Source: an uncultured Gammaproteobacteria bacterium
GTDB lineage: Bacteria; Patescibacteriota; Patescibacteriia; UBA2196; GWA2-42-15
Length of the DNA: 64,000 bases
Direction: 5' to 3'
Assembly (NCBI GenBank): GCA_964573135.1
Contig: CAZNIO010000002.1
Location: 2,535 to 66,534, forward strand
The notes beneath the pieces are model-generated. The model was given only the letters and a program-made list of their open reading frames with translations, searched no databases and was not told where the DNA came from. Positions 29,919 through 41,298 of the stretch are shown piece after piece; positions within the stretch are counted from its first letter, which is position 1; every line of letters starts with the position of its first letter. A program made the position numbers and the translations under genes.

Positions 29919-32900
29919 TTATCTGTCTCTTCTCCTTTTAGGTTCTTGAACTGTTTCTTCTGCCTCTTTCTCATCTCGTCTTTCCTGCATTTCTTCATCC
30001 TCATCCTGATCAACCAATTTGCCATCTCGTAAAAGCTCAACATCTAAACACAAACTCTTTAATTCCCGTACCAGCACATTAAAAGATTCTGGAATATTTA
30101 ACCTAGTTATAGGTTCCCCTTTAATAATAGATTCATAGGCCTTAGATCTGCCAGGTACATCATCTGATTTAATAGTTAAAATTTCTTGTAAACTGTAAGC
30201 AGCTCCATAAGCCTCTAGTGCCCAAACTTCCATCTCGCCGAATCTCTGACCACCAAATTGTGCCTTACCACCCAACGGCTGTTGGGTTACTAAGGAGTAT
30301 GGGCCAATAGATCGCTGATGAATCTTATCTTCAACCATGTGCACTAACTTCAACATATAGATATATCCAACAGTCGTTGGCAAAGCGAAAAGATCACCAG
30401 ACCTTCCATCAACCAATTTCATCTTGCCTGTCTTATCAAATCCAAGTTCTTCAAGTTCTTCCTTAATTGTTTCCTCAGGTACACCATCCAGTGAAGGTGT
30501 CGCCACCTTAATGCCCCTCTCTTTAGCCACAAGCCCCAAATGAGTCTCTAAAATCTGACCCAAATTCATACGAGATGCAACACCCAAAGGGTTAAGCATT
30601 ATATCTACCGGACGCCCATCAGGCAGACAGGGTAAATCCTCGACTGATACAATACGCGAAATTACACCTTTATTACCATGCCGTCCAGCCATCTTATCTC
30701 CAACCTGAATCTTTCTCATATGAGCTACAGTCACTTGTACCTGCTTAATCACTCCAGCAGACAACTTATCTCCACTAACACGAGAAAAAATCTTTACATC
30801 AATTACTTTTCCATGCTCTCCATGTTCTAAATAAAGAGAGGTATCTCGAACTTCTTTAGCTTTTTCACCAAAAATAGCTCTAAGTAATCTCTCCTCTGCT
30901 GTTAATTCGGTTTCTCCTTTAGGAGTAATTTTTCCAACCAAAATATCACCTGATGATATTTCAGCTCCAATCCTTACAATTCCTTCTTCATCTAAGTCCT
31001 TTAACTTGTCTTCACCCACGTTAGGAATATCTCGAGTTACCACTTCAGGACCAAGCTTTGTTTCTCTTACATCAAGCATATAATCTTCAATATGAATTGA
31101 AGTATATTTATCGTTATGTACTAACTTTTCAGAAAGCAAAATAGCATCTTCATAATTTCCACCTTCCCAAGGCATAAAAGCTACCAGTAAATTTTGCCCC
31201 AAAGCCAATTCACCGCCATCACACGCGGAACCATCTGTTAGCACATCGCCCTTCTCTACTCTTTGACCCTTGTCTACTAATACTCTTTGGTTCAAGCAAG
31301 TCGAAGCATTTGATCTTTCAAATTTTGTTAAGTTATATGTGACTAGATCTCCATCGTCTTGGCTAATCTCAATCTTGTCAGATTGTACTGATATAATTTG
31401 CCCAGCCTGTTTGGCTAGCAATATCTGACCTGAATCAAGGGCTGCTCTTCTCTCATTGCCAGTTGCCACAACAGGAGCCTCTGGTTTAACGATTGGGACA
31501 GCTTGCCTTTGCATGTTAGTTCCCATAAGCGCTCTAACGGCATCATTGTGTTCCAAAAATGGAATCAAGGAAGTTGCCACAGAAATAATCTGACTTGGTG
31601 AAACATCCATATAGTCAATCTCCTCAACATGTCCCAAAACTGGTTCACCCTCTTTTCGAATAGCCGCTTTTTCCTCTTTAAAATATCCTTGGTCATCAAG
31701 TCGAGTAGTAGCTGCTGTAGTAATCTTCTTTTCCTCAGAAAATGCATCTAAATATTCAAGTTCTTTGGTTACTTGCATCTTACCATTCTCGTCTTTCATT
31801 ACTTTTCTGTATGGTGTTTCAATAAATCCAAAATTATTCACCTTGGCATATGAAGCCAAGTGTCCTACTAAGCCAATATTTGGACCCTCAGGTGTAGCAA
31901 TTGGACAAATCCTACCATAATGAGTTCTATGTACATCTCTTACTTCAAATCCAGCTCTTTCACGTGATAAGCCACCTGGCCCCATAGCAGAAATTCTTCT
32001 CTTATGCTCAAGCTCAGCTAAAGGATTGGTTTGATCCATGAACTGTGATAACTGCGAGGACATAAAAAACTCTTTAACTGCCCCCATAATTGGACGCGTA
32101 TTAACTAACTGTCCAGGAGTAACACCAGCTAAATCAATCGTACTCATCTTGTCAACCACCGCTCTCTCCATACGTGCCAATCCAAGTCTAAACCTATTTT
32201 GAATAAGCTCACCCACTGCTCGCACACGCCTATTCCCCAAATGGTCAATATCATCTGGTTCTTTCTGATTTATATTAAGTTTAATAATCTCCCGTAAAAT
32301 ATTGATCAAATCGCTCTTCTTCAAAACCCTATCATCCTTATCTAAAAGATGGTCTTCACCAAATCTTTGATTTAACTTATATCTTCCAACTTTACCAAAA
32401 TCATAACGATCAAAATTAAAAAACATTGAATGAATTAAAGATCTAGCATTTTCAGCTGTAGCCAAATCACCCGGTCTTATTCTTTTATATACCTCACGCA
32501 AACCATCCTCTTCGGTCTTAGCCATATCTTTCTCCAGCGTCATGTCTATGTACTTATAATCTGGCAAAGTATCTACGTCACTAAATAAATCTTTAATTTC
32601 ACTATCAATTGAATAGCCAAAAGCACGCAACAATGAAGTAATGGGCACTTTTCTTTTTCTATCAATCTTAACCGTGATTATTCCATTCTGTCCTGTCTCT
32701 ACTTCCAACCATGCCCCGCGGTTAGGAATAATCTTGGCTCCATAATATCTTTTCCCTGCAACATAATCTGAAGTAAAAAAAACACCAGCCGAACGAATCA
32801 ACTGGGAAACTACTACTCTTTCAATACCATTTATAATGAAAGTACCGCGATCTGTCATTAATGGAAAATCTGCTAAATATATTTCTTGCTCCTTGGCTTC

Positions 32901-33212
32901 ACCCGTTCTCTTATTAACAAGTTTTACCATAGCTCGAAGAGCTGCCTCATAGGTAGCATTTCTTTCTTTAGCTGTCACCTCATCAAATTTGGGTTCATCT
33001 AAACTATAATCAGTAAAATGTAATTCTAAATCACGACCAATAAAATCCTTTATTGGGTTGATTTCATCAAACAATTCTCGCAAACCTTCTTTTAAAAACC
33101 AATAATATGAATCAGTCTGCACTTCAATCAAATTAGGCAAATCTACCACCTCGTGTCTTTTGGTAAAATAGTACCTATCATCTTTCTTGTTGTAAGTAGC
33201 CGATTTAGACAT
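29919..33212 (-). CDS. rpoB: DNA-directed RNA polymerase subunit beta
   Basis: Conserved rpoB blocks ([40 protein letters not shown]). 1097 aa. Confidence 0.97.
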   Translation of the reverse strand: MSKSATYNKKDDRYYFTKRHEVVDLPNLIEVQTDSYYWFLKEGLRELFDEINPIKDFIGRDLELHFTDYSLDEPKFDEVTAKERNATYEAALRAMVKLVNKRTGEAKEQEIYLADFPLMTDRGTFIINGIERVVVSQLIRSAGVFFTSDYVAGKRYYGAKIIPNRGAWLEVETGQNGIITVKIDRKRKVPITSLLRAFGYSIDSEIKDLFSDVDTLPDYKYIDMTLEKDMAKTEEDGLREVYKRIRPGDLATAENARSLIHSMFFNFDRYDFGKVGRYKLNQRFGEDHLLDKDDRVLKKSDLINILREIIKLNINQKEPDDIDHLGNRRVRAVGELIQNRFRLGLARMERAVVDKMSTIDLAGVTPGQLVNTRPIMGAVKEFFMSSQLSQFMDQTNPLAELEHKRRISAMGPGGLSRERAGFEVRDVHRTHYGRICPIATPEGPNIGLVGHLASYAKVNNFGFIETPYRKVMKDENGKMQVTKELEYLDAFSEEKKITTAATTRLDDQGYFKEEKAAIRKEGEPVLGHVEEIDYMDVSPSQIISVATSLIPFLEHNDAVRALMGTNMQRQAVPIVKPEAPVVATGNERRAALDSGQILLAKQAGQIISVQSDKIEISQDDGDLVTYNLTKFERSNASTCLNQRVLVDKGQRVEKGDVLTDGSACDGGELALGQNLLVAFMPWEGGNYEDAILLSEKLVHNDKYTSIHIEDYMLDVRETKLGPEVVTRDIPNVGEDKLKDLDEEGIVRIGAEISSGDILVGKITPKGETELTAEERLLRAIFGEKAKEVRDTSLYLEHGEHGKVIDVKIFSRVSGDKLSAGVIKQVQVTVAHMRKIQVGDKMAGRHGNKGVISRIVSVEDLPCLPDGRPVDIMLNPLGVASRMNLGQILETHLGLVAKERGIKVATPSLDGVPEETIKEELEELGFDKTGKMKLVDGRSGDLFALPTTVGYIYMLKLVHMVEDKIHQRSIGPYSLVTQQPLGGKAQFGGQRFGEMEVWALEAYGAAYSLQEILTIKSDDVPGRSKAYESIIKGEPITRLNIPESFNVLVRELKSLCLDVELLRDGKLVDQDEDEEMQERRDEKEAEETVQEPKRRRDR

Positions 33213-33502
33213 GAATTTTTTAGAGTATAATAAAAAATGAACACAAAATAACCCGGTTTTCTATTATTTCGTTCCAAAAAACCGGAAACTGTGCTAGTCT
33301 ATAATATATAAATTTGCTTTAACTGCCTCAAAATAAGCATTTTATGGTTATCTCTTAAAAAGGCAGATGTGGATAACTCTTTTTCCAATATTATTCGCTA
33401 ACCTTAGAAAAAAATACATCTTTAATACTAGGATAGCACTAAACTAAATATTTGTCAAATTTATCAATAGGGTGTATGCTTTAGTAAACTAGCCACTTTA
33501 GC

Positions 33503-33577
33503 GCCCCGGTAGTTCAATGGACAGAACGGAAGCCTTCTAAGCTTTTGATGTAGGTTCGATTCCTACCCGGGGTACCA
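33503..33577 (+). tRNA. tRNA-Arg (anticodon UCU), CCA encoded
   Basis: Acceptor GCCCCGG/CCGGGGT, D-stem GTTC/GAAC, anticodon stem GAAGC/GCTTT with loop CTTCTAA, T-arm GTAGG/TTCGATT/CCTAC. Confidence 0.8.
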
Positions 33578-33687
33578 TCTCACTACATATTCTTTGATAT
33601 ATACTCAAAAACAAATGTTGCCACAAAGGAGTAATCCACAAGCCCATGTCTTTGCATCATTAGTAGGCTAAAGTATAATTAAAGCAT

Positions 33688-34171
33688 ATGCCCCAGGTAA
33701 ATTGCAAAATTTGCAATAAAGAATTCTACATAAGACCATCCCATCAAAAAAACAGGACATGGTAAGTACTGCTCAGCAAAATGTCATCATTTCGGTTTAC
33801 GAACAGGCAAATATGTCAACTGCGACGTTTGCGGGAAAAAAGTATGGAAACAACCAAAAGCTATTAAAAACTCGAAGAGCGGTAAGCTATTTTGCAACAA
33901 AGCCTGCCATATGATTTGGAAAAATAAAAATAGTTTATCAGGCGAAAATCATCCCAATTGGGTTAACGGAGAATTTTCAGGTAGAAGAAGTTTAGAGCGC
34001 TCAAAACGACAAGTTATATGTGTTTTGTGTAGCAATAATGATAAACGACTTTTGGCCGTTCACCATAAAGACCGCAATAGACAGAATAATAAACTTAAAA
34101 ATCTAATCTGGCTTTGTCATAATTGTCATCATTTAGTACATAGATATAATGTTCCCTTAATTTTAGGGTAA
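33688..34171 (+). CDS. HNH homing-endonuclease-like protein with a frameshift in an A7 run (33746..33752). The track ORF 33911..34171 is its 3' part.
   Basis: Frame 1 reads MPQVNCKICNKEFYIRPSHQKNRTW*. Frame +1 continues ...GHGKYCSAKCHHFGLRTGKYVNCDVCGKKVWKQP...CHMIWKNKNS...HHKDRNRQNNKLKNLIWLCHNCHHLVH (HNH motif). Removing one A restores a single ~161-aa ORF. Confidence 0.55.
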
Positions 34172-34178
34172 AATTCAT

Positions 34179-34253
34179 GGTGGTAGTAGCTCAACTGGTT
34201 AGAGCACTGGTTTGTGGTACCAGAGGTAGTGGGTTCAAGTCCCATCTACCACC
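34179..34253 (+). tRNA. tRNA-His (anticodon GUG) with encoded G-1. No CCA is encoded.
   Basis: Extra 5' G opposite discriminator C73 (His hallmark), acceptor GTGGTAG/CTACCAC, anticodon loop TTGTGGT. Confidence 0.9.
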
Positions 34254-34320
34254 TTTGCCCCTGACATTTGTCGAGGCCAAAGGAGAAAACATCTCCCCTA
34301 TAAAGGGGAGGTGTTTTTTG
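34251..34320 (+). repeat. Copy 1 of a ~65-nt two-hairpin direct repeat (ACCTTTGCCCYTGACATTTGTCGAGGCCAAAGGAGAA...hairpin+T-run). It overlaps the last 3 nt of tRNA-His.
   Basis: Near-identical to 35644..35708. CCTTTG/CAAAGG and TCCCCT/AGGGGA stems followed by a T-run. Confidence 0.6.
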
Positions 34321-34608
34321 TTTATTCACTAATATTAGCCCAAAAAGTACTATTTAGGCCTATTTACTATTGACAAATTATTCAATATATGCTATACTAA
34401 TATAACAATTAAAGATATGTTCATTAACGCTTCCTTCCCGAGTTTATCAATACAATTTGGTAAATTCAGAAAGGAAAATTGCTCTTTAAAAAAACAATAT
34501 AAATAATAGTCCTCCTAGTAGAGCAGTTGATTGGTTTTTCAAATTCCTCCTTTAGGGATTTAAATAGCCAATTAACTATACTTTTCATTAATTTATTAGG
34601 AGGTAACC

Positions 34609-35004
34609 ATGTGTTATCTAATAATACCTGACAGAGAGTTAATGTTGGAAGGAACAGACCCTTCTGACCGAATTCGCGTGTTTGAATTCGAGAACAAAAA
34701 AAAAGCCATGTCTTGGTTGGAAATCCAGGAATGGTATGAGCGGAAAAAAAGAGTTCCGTTCAATAGTTTAAACGATTTCGGTTGTATGACGCACCAGTTG
34801 TTTCAACCATGGACAACTGAAAATGTTTTTTGGAACGAGTTTGTAGAAAAAACTCCCAAAAAATTAGAAAGAATCAGAGATTGGCCCAGATATTTCAGGT
34901 TTTGTAACGGACCAAGCATCTGGATGTGCGGCATCAAAGCGGCAACTGATGAAGAAGTTCACCGCATACAACAGCTTAACGGCGGGAAAAGCTACTTATT
35001 TTAG
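34609..35004 (+). CDS. Hypothetical protein (131 aa) with strong AGGAGG RBS, inside the repeat-bounded islet
   Basis: ORF preceded by TTAGGAGGTAACCATG. No recognisable domain. Confidence 0.4.
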   Translation: MCYLIIPDRELMLEGTDPSDRIRVFEFENKKKAMSWLEIQEWYERKKRVPFNSLNDFGCMTHQLFQPWTTENVFWNEFVEKTPKKLERIRDWPRYFRFCNGPSIWMCGIKAATDEEVHRIQQLNGGKSYLF

Positions 35005-35643
35005 TGGCTAAAAATTTTCAAAGGTGAGAAAAACTGCCTTGACTTCGGTCTAAAAATGCGGGTAAGTGTTAAACCCATTAACACAAATAAGGAATTATGA
35101 GTAGCGCCATAATTCAAGGGAGCCTTCCCTGGTATAAAAGAAGGCTAGAACTGCGTGGTGAAGTAGTTCCACCCGTGGCGTCCAATTATTTAATATTGGT
35201 GAACTAACAGATAACTGTTAGAATAAGGTGAAAGGCTATGGCATATAGAGCCTTATGTGACAATTAAATGCCAGAGGCTCTGCCTCATTTTTAAAAAAAG
35301 CGAGATGAAATTTATCTCGCACCCAAAACTAAAAGCACTAAATTTATTAGGAATGGAGAAATTCAAACTAAGTCAATTCCTTTTCTCTATAAATTTATCA
35401 GTATTTATTGGTAGATTTATAAAGAAATTTTCTCCCACCCACTTGGGGGTTGATAGTGATAAAATGATGAACACATTTTAGAGATATTATCTCTCCTTTG
35501 CTATCACTCCTAGATGAATGAGAGAAACAAAAGCAGCCTGTTACGGCTGTTTTTTAATTAATAAAGAATTTATGTGACACTGTGAGGATATAAATACATT
35601 CACTTTGTCGCTCTAAAATAGTCCCAACATCCTCCACTATGCG

Positions 35644-35708
35644 ACCTTTGCCCTTGACATTTGTCGAGGCCAAAGGAGAAGACCTCTCCCCTATTAGGAG
35701 ATTTTTTG
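35644..35708 (+). repeat. Copy 2 of the two-hairpin direct repeat. It is preceded by a degenerate tRNA-His 3'-end-like stretch (AGTCCCA...CCAC...CCTTTGCCC).
   Basis: Aligned by eye with copy 1. It ends 46 nt before sfsA. Confidence 0.6.
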
Positions 35709-35753
35709 ATTGTGTCTTAATTATAAATCAAACTAATATGGTATAATTTATGC

Positions 35754-36467
35754 ATGAATAAATATAAATTTAAAGATAATCTCACCGAAGGTATTATAAC
35801 CTCAAGGCCAAATCGTTTTATAATGCTGGTTAATTTTAATGGTAAAATTGAAGAAGCTCATTGTCCATCCACCGGCAAAATAGGAAACATAGAGTTTAAT
35901 AATATTCCATGCTTGGTCTCAAAAAGTAATAATAAAAATAGACGCACTAAATATACCGTGGAAGCCATCTCCTTGGATAATCCAAATAAAAAAGAAAAGT
36001 CATGGATTGGCATCAACCAAAATAGAATTAATGAATACGTAAAATTTTTTCTAAGGCAAGGAAGATTTAATAAAATTGTAGGTAACTTTAATCAGCTGAA
36101 AAGAGAAGTGAAATTAGCAAACTCCAGAATAGACTTCCTGCTGGATGATACATTCTTAGAGGTAAAAATGCCGCTCATAACCCTTGCTGGCCAGAACCCT
36201 CAAAAAAATAAATCAAAATTTAATTCCTTCGATCGTTTAATTAAACATTTTGAAGATTTATCTAAAAACACCAGGGCTATTGTTTTATTATGTTATTTAT
36301 ATAATGCCAAACCATTTGAGCCTCCTAAAACTGACAAAACAAACAAAAAAGTTAAATCAGCTGCTTCTAAAGCCATAAAGCAAGGGGTCGAAATGTGGCA
36401 AGCTAACTATTCAATAAATAAAAATAGTGTCTCTCTAGCCAAATATTTTAAACTGGATATTATATGA
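35754..36467 (+). CDS. sfsA: Sugar fermentation stimulation protein A homolog
   Basis: SRPNRFIMLV...AHCPSTGKIGNIEF...NSRIDFLL...FLEVKMP, matching conserved SfsA blocks. Confidence 0.75.
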   Translation: MNKYKFKDNLTEGIITSRPNRFIMLVNFNGKIEEAHCPSTGKIGNIEFNNIPCLVSKSNNKNRRTKYTVEAISLDNPNKKEKSWIGINQNRINEYVKFFLRQGRFNKIVGNFNQLKREVKLANSRIDFLLDDTFLEVKMPLITLAGQNPQKNKSKFNSFDRLIKHFEDLSKNTRAIVLLCYLYNAKPFEPPKTDKTNKKVKSAASKAIKQGVEMWQANYSINKNSVSLAKYFKLDII

Positions 36468-36973
36468 AAAAAATTATATTATACATTGCTCAAAGTTTAG
36501 ATGGGTATGTAGCTACCAAAGATGGTAGTGTTGCTTGGCTTGACGAATTTAATAAGGCAGATTATGGTTATGAAAAATTTATAAAAAATATTGATACTGC
36601 TGTTCAAGGAAACACAACATATGAACAATTCAAATATCTCTATCCTGGAAAGAAAAATTACGTGTTTTCTGAAAACGCTGGTACCCAGTCACAAAAAAAC
36701 GTTATTTTTGTAAAAGGAAACATAAAAAAATTTATAGACGGCCTAGACAAGAAAACACATAAAAATATCTGGCTAGTTGGCGGACCAAATTTATTATCTG
36801 GTTTTTTGAATGAAGGGCAAGTTGACGAGATGATTATCTTTACTATGCCCGTTTTATTAAAAGAAGGTATACCTCTGTTTAGTAATATTAAAAAAGCCCC
36901 CGCTCTTACATTAAAAAATATTAAAAAGCACGATAATGGTGTAGTTGTGCTTCACTATTTGATAAAAAAATAA
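36464..36973 (+). CDS. Dihydrofolate reductase-family protein (RibD C-terminal domain type)
   Basis: ILYIAQSLDGYVATKDGSVAWL...NIWLVGGPNLLSGFL...DEMIIFTMPVLLKEGIPLF. Confidence 0.7.
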   Translation: MKKIILYIAQSLDGYVATKDGSVAWLDEFNKADYGYEKFIKNIDTAVQGNTTYEQFKYLYPGKKNYVFSENAGTQSQKNVIFVKGNIKKFIDGLDKKTHKNIWLVGGPNLLSGFLNEGQVDEMIIFTMPVLLKEGIPLFSNIKKAPALTLKNIKKHDNGVVVLHYLIKK

Positions 36974-37145
36974 ATTTCAGATTAAAATAATCTTTGTATT
37001 CCCCCTAATCTTAACCATTAAATTCTCTTTTTCCACTTTATTCAACAATAAATTTATAATATAATTTCGGTTACGACCCCACAAAAAATATCCCCAAAAT
37101 TAGGGATATTTTTTATTTACCCCTAAAGGGAGTTGAACTTTAAAG

Positions 37146-37751
37146 ATGTTTTTTGCTATAATAAAATCTATGACATTTAAAGAAAAAGAATACAGCAATA
37201 AAAAATTTAATAACTTTGATTTTAAGAACCAAAATATAAAAAAAAAGTCTTTTTCTGATTGCCAATTTCAAAATTGTAATTTTACAGAAAGTAATTTTAA
37301 TAATAGTGAATTTTTTAATTGCAAATTCAAAAAATGCAATTTTAGCTTGGCTAAATTTTCAAATTTAAGTCTAAGGGATATAGAATTTGAAAACTGCAAA
37401 TTAGCTGGTATTAAATTTTATGAATGCCAAACAGAACTTCTTGAAATTAAGTTCAACAAATGCCTAATAATGTATTGTAATTTCCTTAACCTAGACTTGA
37501 GAAACACTCTCTTTGTTGAATGTGAAATCAAGGGAACTGATTTTATTGATAATAATCTAACTAAAGCTGATTTTTCAAAATCAATTTTTGATAAAAGTAT
37601 TTTTCATAATGCAAATCTTACTCACGCAAACTTTACTGGAGCAATAAATTACTGCATTAATCCAAAAGATAATATTTTAAAAAAAACAAAATTTTCTAAA
37701 CCAGAAGTTATTTCTTTGCTTCAAACATTGGATATTATTATCGAAGAATAA
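37146..37751 (+). CDS. Pentapeptide-repeat protein
   Basis: Tandem A(D/N)(L/F)xx-type pentapeptide repeats rich in N/F/C across ~200 aa. Confidence 0.8.
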   Translation: MFFAIIKSMTFKEKEYSNKKFNNFDFKNQNIKKKSFSDCQFQNCNFTESNFNNSEFFNCKFKKCNFSLAKFSNLSLRDIEFENCKLAGIKFYECQTELLEIKFNKCLIMYCNFLNLDLRNTLFVECEIKGTDFIDNNLTKADFSKSIFDKSIFHNANLTHANFTGAINYCINPKDNILKKTKFSKPEVISLLQTLDIIIEE

Positions 37752-38037
37752 AATAGTATGAAAGATCCATTCTCTTTACGCCAAGACATTTTTATTACTA
37801 TCCTAAATTTATAATAATTATAATCTATCTAATAAATTACGTGCCAATAAATCAGACTATGAATTGATCAGTAAAAAAATTATGGATGAATTAAATGGGT
37901 ACGAACTAATTGTGCACTCAAGTCTAATACAAAATGATAAAAGCTTGCCAACAGTCTCGATTAATCACCCAATCAAAAAATCTCTCAATAATTTCCGAGA
38001 GATTTTTTGTTTAACTAATTAAACTATCAAAATATTC

Positions 38038-38970
38038 TTATTCTTTATTAAGATGCTCAATAATACAATCAATAATTGCTCCGTTAAAATTCCAATAATC
38101 ATTACCCTCAGATTTTCGATGAGCTATCCCAGGCCTAGAATTTAACTCTAGCAACTTAAATCCTTTTTTGGTATTTATAAAATCAGCCCGAAATATAACA
38201 GGATAAAAACTAGAAACCTTATCTATAATTTTATTTAATATCTCTAATACTTCTTTTGGAATCTCCCCTAAAGGCAAAGAAATGCAACTACCGCCCAATT
38301 TTAGATTAGCTAAATACGACCCCTCTGCTGGCTGCCTAAGAAGTCCAGAGATTATCTTCTTGTTAACCACGATTACACTTATGTCATGCATCCCTTTAAC
38401 AATATTAGGAATGCCCATAGAAGAATCCATAAATTCCTGAATCAAAACATTAGTCCAATCATCATATAAATCTTGCTTTATCTCTTTTTTATCAATAACA
38501 AAAACCCCTCGCCCTTCTTCACCAAATCTTTCTTTCAATACAATCTTATCCCCCTTAATTTTCGCAAAAGAGTTAATAGCCTCTTGATATGAATTAACAA
38601 GTAATGTTTTAATCGCTATAGATGAAAATAATTCAAAAGTTTTCAATTTATCTCGACAGATCTCATCAAAATCTGGATGATTAATTATGGGGCAATCATT
38701 AATTTTTGGGATTGTGTTTAAATTATCTTTATTATAAATCAAGTCAACTTTGATCTTTTCATTTTTAGTAACAAATTTTTCTCCATTCCAAAATGAATAA
38801 TTTTTAAAAAGCCCATTACCTTGATAAGAATAACCTCTAACAACATAGGTATCTACACCCTTCTTTTTTAACTCCTCTATAATCTCTATATAACTTTAGT
38901 AATATTCCTTGTTGTCAAAAGGATAGTCCAGTATTCCAGAAGATGAAAAATAAACTGCTAATCTTTTCAT
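38038..38970 (-). pseudogene. RimK-like ATP-grasp ligase with an in-frame TAA at codon 25 (38896..38898). The track ORF 38038..38742 starts at an internal TTG.
   Basis: Upstream in-frame sequence MKRLAVYFSSSGILDYPFDNKEYY-TAA-SYIEIIEELKKKGVDTYVVRGYSYQGNG... forms the pre-ATP-grasp domain; the total of ~311 aa equals RimK length. ATP-grasp motifs ANLKLGGS and ELNSRPG are present. Confidence 0.55.
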
Positions 38971-38999
38971 ATATTTTTTAAATACTACCACTTTCTTTT

Positions 39000-40388
39000 T
39001 TAAAGTATTTTAATTTCAATAGCTTGTTCAGTGCGCCTAACGTCTGACAAAAGAGATGAACGACTTTTATTAAATAAAGTCAAATCAAACACACTCTTCC
39101 CTCCATTTTTGGCATACAAACATTTATCACCAACCTTTTTATGAATATCAATAGTTTCAAAAGATTTTAATTCTTGTATTTTTTTAATGCCTTTAATTTC
39201 AGTAATAACTCCTTCTTCTCTAGCAAAAAATTTCATAGTTTCTGCATAGCCTAAGCATTTCTTGGGGATAATTACCTTTTTAGGTATCCGAATTAAAATG
39301 TCATTTAATTGGTGGTCAATATTAAAGGTTAGCTTATACATCAAGTGTCTAAAGCCACCCATTCTTGGTCCTAGTTCAATTATTTTCCACCCTTCATTTG
39401 TTTTAATTAATTCAATGTGAACAGTGCTATTTCTCAAGCCCATTGCATAAACTGATTTTATAGCCACGCTCTCTGCCTCTTTAATAGCTTCTTTGGTTAA
39501 TGTCGTCGGAGTAATTGCCTTATAACTAAAAAAATCATCAAATCCGATTGAGTGCCCAGTAATAACATGTACTAATGGGCAAAAAGTTATTTCACCTTCA
39601 GCATTAACATAGGCATCAACTGAATACATATCGCCTTCAAAAAATTGCTCAATTAAAATTTCGGGGTCTGTTATTCTGTTGTTCTCTTTATATATTTTTT
39701 TAACTTTTTTGAATGTTTTCTTTAGCGTATCTTCAAGATCTTCCTCGTGAAAACAAATACTAACCAGCAAACTTTGCGCTAACCCAGCCGGCTTGATAAT
39801 TAACGGAAAACCAATATCTTCTTTAATCTGTTTTAGTATTTTTTTACCAGAATTTTTAGCAACTAGAAATTTAGGAGTAATTGTGGAATCGTATAATTTT
39901 AAATGCTGACGCATATCAATCTTATTGATAGACCATCTAAGAGATTCTGCCGTCGGAATTTTTAAATACGGAACATGTGGAATAATTTTTGCGAAGATAG
40001 GAATATTTGACTCTGGGCTTCTACTGGTGATGGCTATCAACTCCTCTTTATATGGCAACAATGCTTCTTCTATTTTTAATGAATTGGTAAAATTACATGG
40101 AATTGCGATATCAACACTTTCAAGTAACTCTTTATCTTGTTGTTTGGTCTTTTTAGAATCAAAAATAATGGCAAATCTAAATTTTTGATTTATCTCTTTG
40201 CCATATTTTTTCAGTGAGTCAATCGTCTGATACGTAACCTCAGGTTTTTCCGTATTAATAAATAAAATAATATTTTTATTTATTAATACATCATCACCAT
40301 CTTCGCCTAAAATATTTTTATCCAGCTTTTTAATTATATTTCTTGCTACTGAACTAGCAGAATTAACAATTTTTTTAGTTTTAATCAT
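39000..40388 (-). CDS. ATP-grasp domain ligase (L-amino-acid-ligase / carboxylate-amine ligase-like), 462 aa
   Basis: C-terminal ATP-grasp fold (FPLIIKPAGLAQS..., EQFFEGDMYSVDAYV, IELGPRMGG) with an N-terminal extension of ~180 aa. Confidence 0.65.
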   Translation of the reverse strand: MIKTKKIVNSASSVARNIIKKLDKNILGEDGDDVLINKNIILFINTEKPEVTYQTIDSLKKYGKEINQKFRFAIIFDSKKTKQQDKELLESVDIAIPCNFTNSLKIEEALLPYKEELIAITSRSPESNIPIFAKIIPHVPYLKIPTAESLRWSINKIDMRQHLKLYDSTITPKFLVAKNSGKKILKQIKEDIGFPLIIKPAGLAQSLLVSICFHEEDLEDTLKKTFKKVKKIYKENNRITDPEILIEQFFEGDMYSVDAYVNAEGEITFCPLVHVITGHSIGFDDFFSYKAITPTTLTKEAIKEAESVAIKSVYAMGLRNSTVHIELIKTNEGWKIIELGPRMGGFRHLMYKLTFNIDHQLNDILIRIPKKVIIPKKCLGYAETMKFFAREEGVITEIKGIKKIQELKSFETIDIHKKVGDKCLYAKNGGKSVFDLTLFNKSRSSLLSDVRRTEQAIEIKIL

Positions 40389-41094
40389 TTTATTTAGTCT
40401 TATTCTATAATAAAAAACTCAACCTCTATGCTGATGGTTGGTTCTTTGAGACACTTTGCGCCTTAATTAAAGACTTTTTAAGCTCTACCCTCTTCCCATT
40501 TTTTATTACTTTGGTCAACTTGCTAGAAATAGTCTCTTTTTTTACTTTTTTATAATTTTTAACCATAAAAAGTTATATATAAAGTGTATCATATCCGAGC
40601 AATAACTCAAGGACTTTAACATATATTTAAAAAAATCAAATTATTAAATTACACACCGATTTCATCGGCAGCTTTCTTGTTTGTTCATCTTTTTCTACCT
40701 TATTTGATAAAATATTTATAATAAAATTTCGCTTACCACCCCATTAAAAAACCAGCGCTAATGCGCTGATTTTTTAATGGGGTCTAATTAAACGGATATT
40801 GAATTATCTTTTATTCTTAAAAAAATATATTATGCTATATATAACAGAAGTTAAAAAATATATAGGAATTATTATTACTGTAATAATAAAAAAAACAGGT
40901 TCCTCTACTTTTAGTAGGCCACTTATTAAATTATGTAATAATATCGAAACAAAGCCAATCACAACAATTAACCATAACTTCTTCCAACTTAACAAAAATA
41001 TTTTTGTAGAGAGTAATGGTTTGCTCATAAGGAATGTATATTAATCAGATATTTGTAATAGGTACGTAAAGCTTTACCTGCTTAATTTATTCTA

Positions 41095-41298
41095 TCAAAT
41101 TGAAATAATAAACAAGATGACTGCAATAATTAAAAAAATAATGCCTAAAACTTTATTAGTAGATTTAGAATCTGAATGTTTGATATGCAGCTTTTTCAAA
41201 CAATAGACATGGAACTTCAATACTTTCTCTGGAAAAAGAATCAAAACCAAACCAGCCACCAGGAAAATAATTGAACGAATAAACATTTGAATGTCCAT
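41095..41298 (-). CDS. Hypothetical small membrane protein
   Basis: 67 aa with two TM helices. A similar 51-aa ORF lies at 41326..41481 (-). Confidence 0.3.
   Translation of the reverse strand: MDIQMFIRSIIFLVAGLVLILFPEKVLKFHVYCLKKLHIKHSDSKSTNKVLGIIFLIIAVILFIISI

Noticed and set aside
26139-31747. Multiple 60-120-aa ORFs antisense to rpoC and rpoB, and similar ones inside gyrA, pnp, recA, dnaN and dnaA
   Set aside because: They are embedded in well-supported long conserved genes on the opposite strand and have no independent support.
35257-35481. 74-aa ORF inside the hairpin-rich stretch of the tRNA-His-proximal islet
   Set aside because: It overlaps several perfect hairpins and has no RBS. 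The region is more likely noncoding or RNA.
40426-40566. 46-aa Lys-rich ORF (MVKNYKKVKKETISSKLTKVIKNGKRVELKKSLIKAQSVSKNQPSA) upstream of the ATP-grasp pair, as a graspetide precursor
   Set aside because: It has no Ser/Thr plus Asp/Glu-rich core expected for omega-ester or amide crosslinking and no clear RBS. Lys-rich ORFs arise easily in AT-rich DNA.
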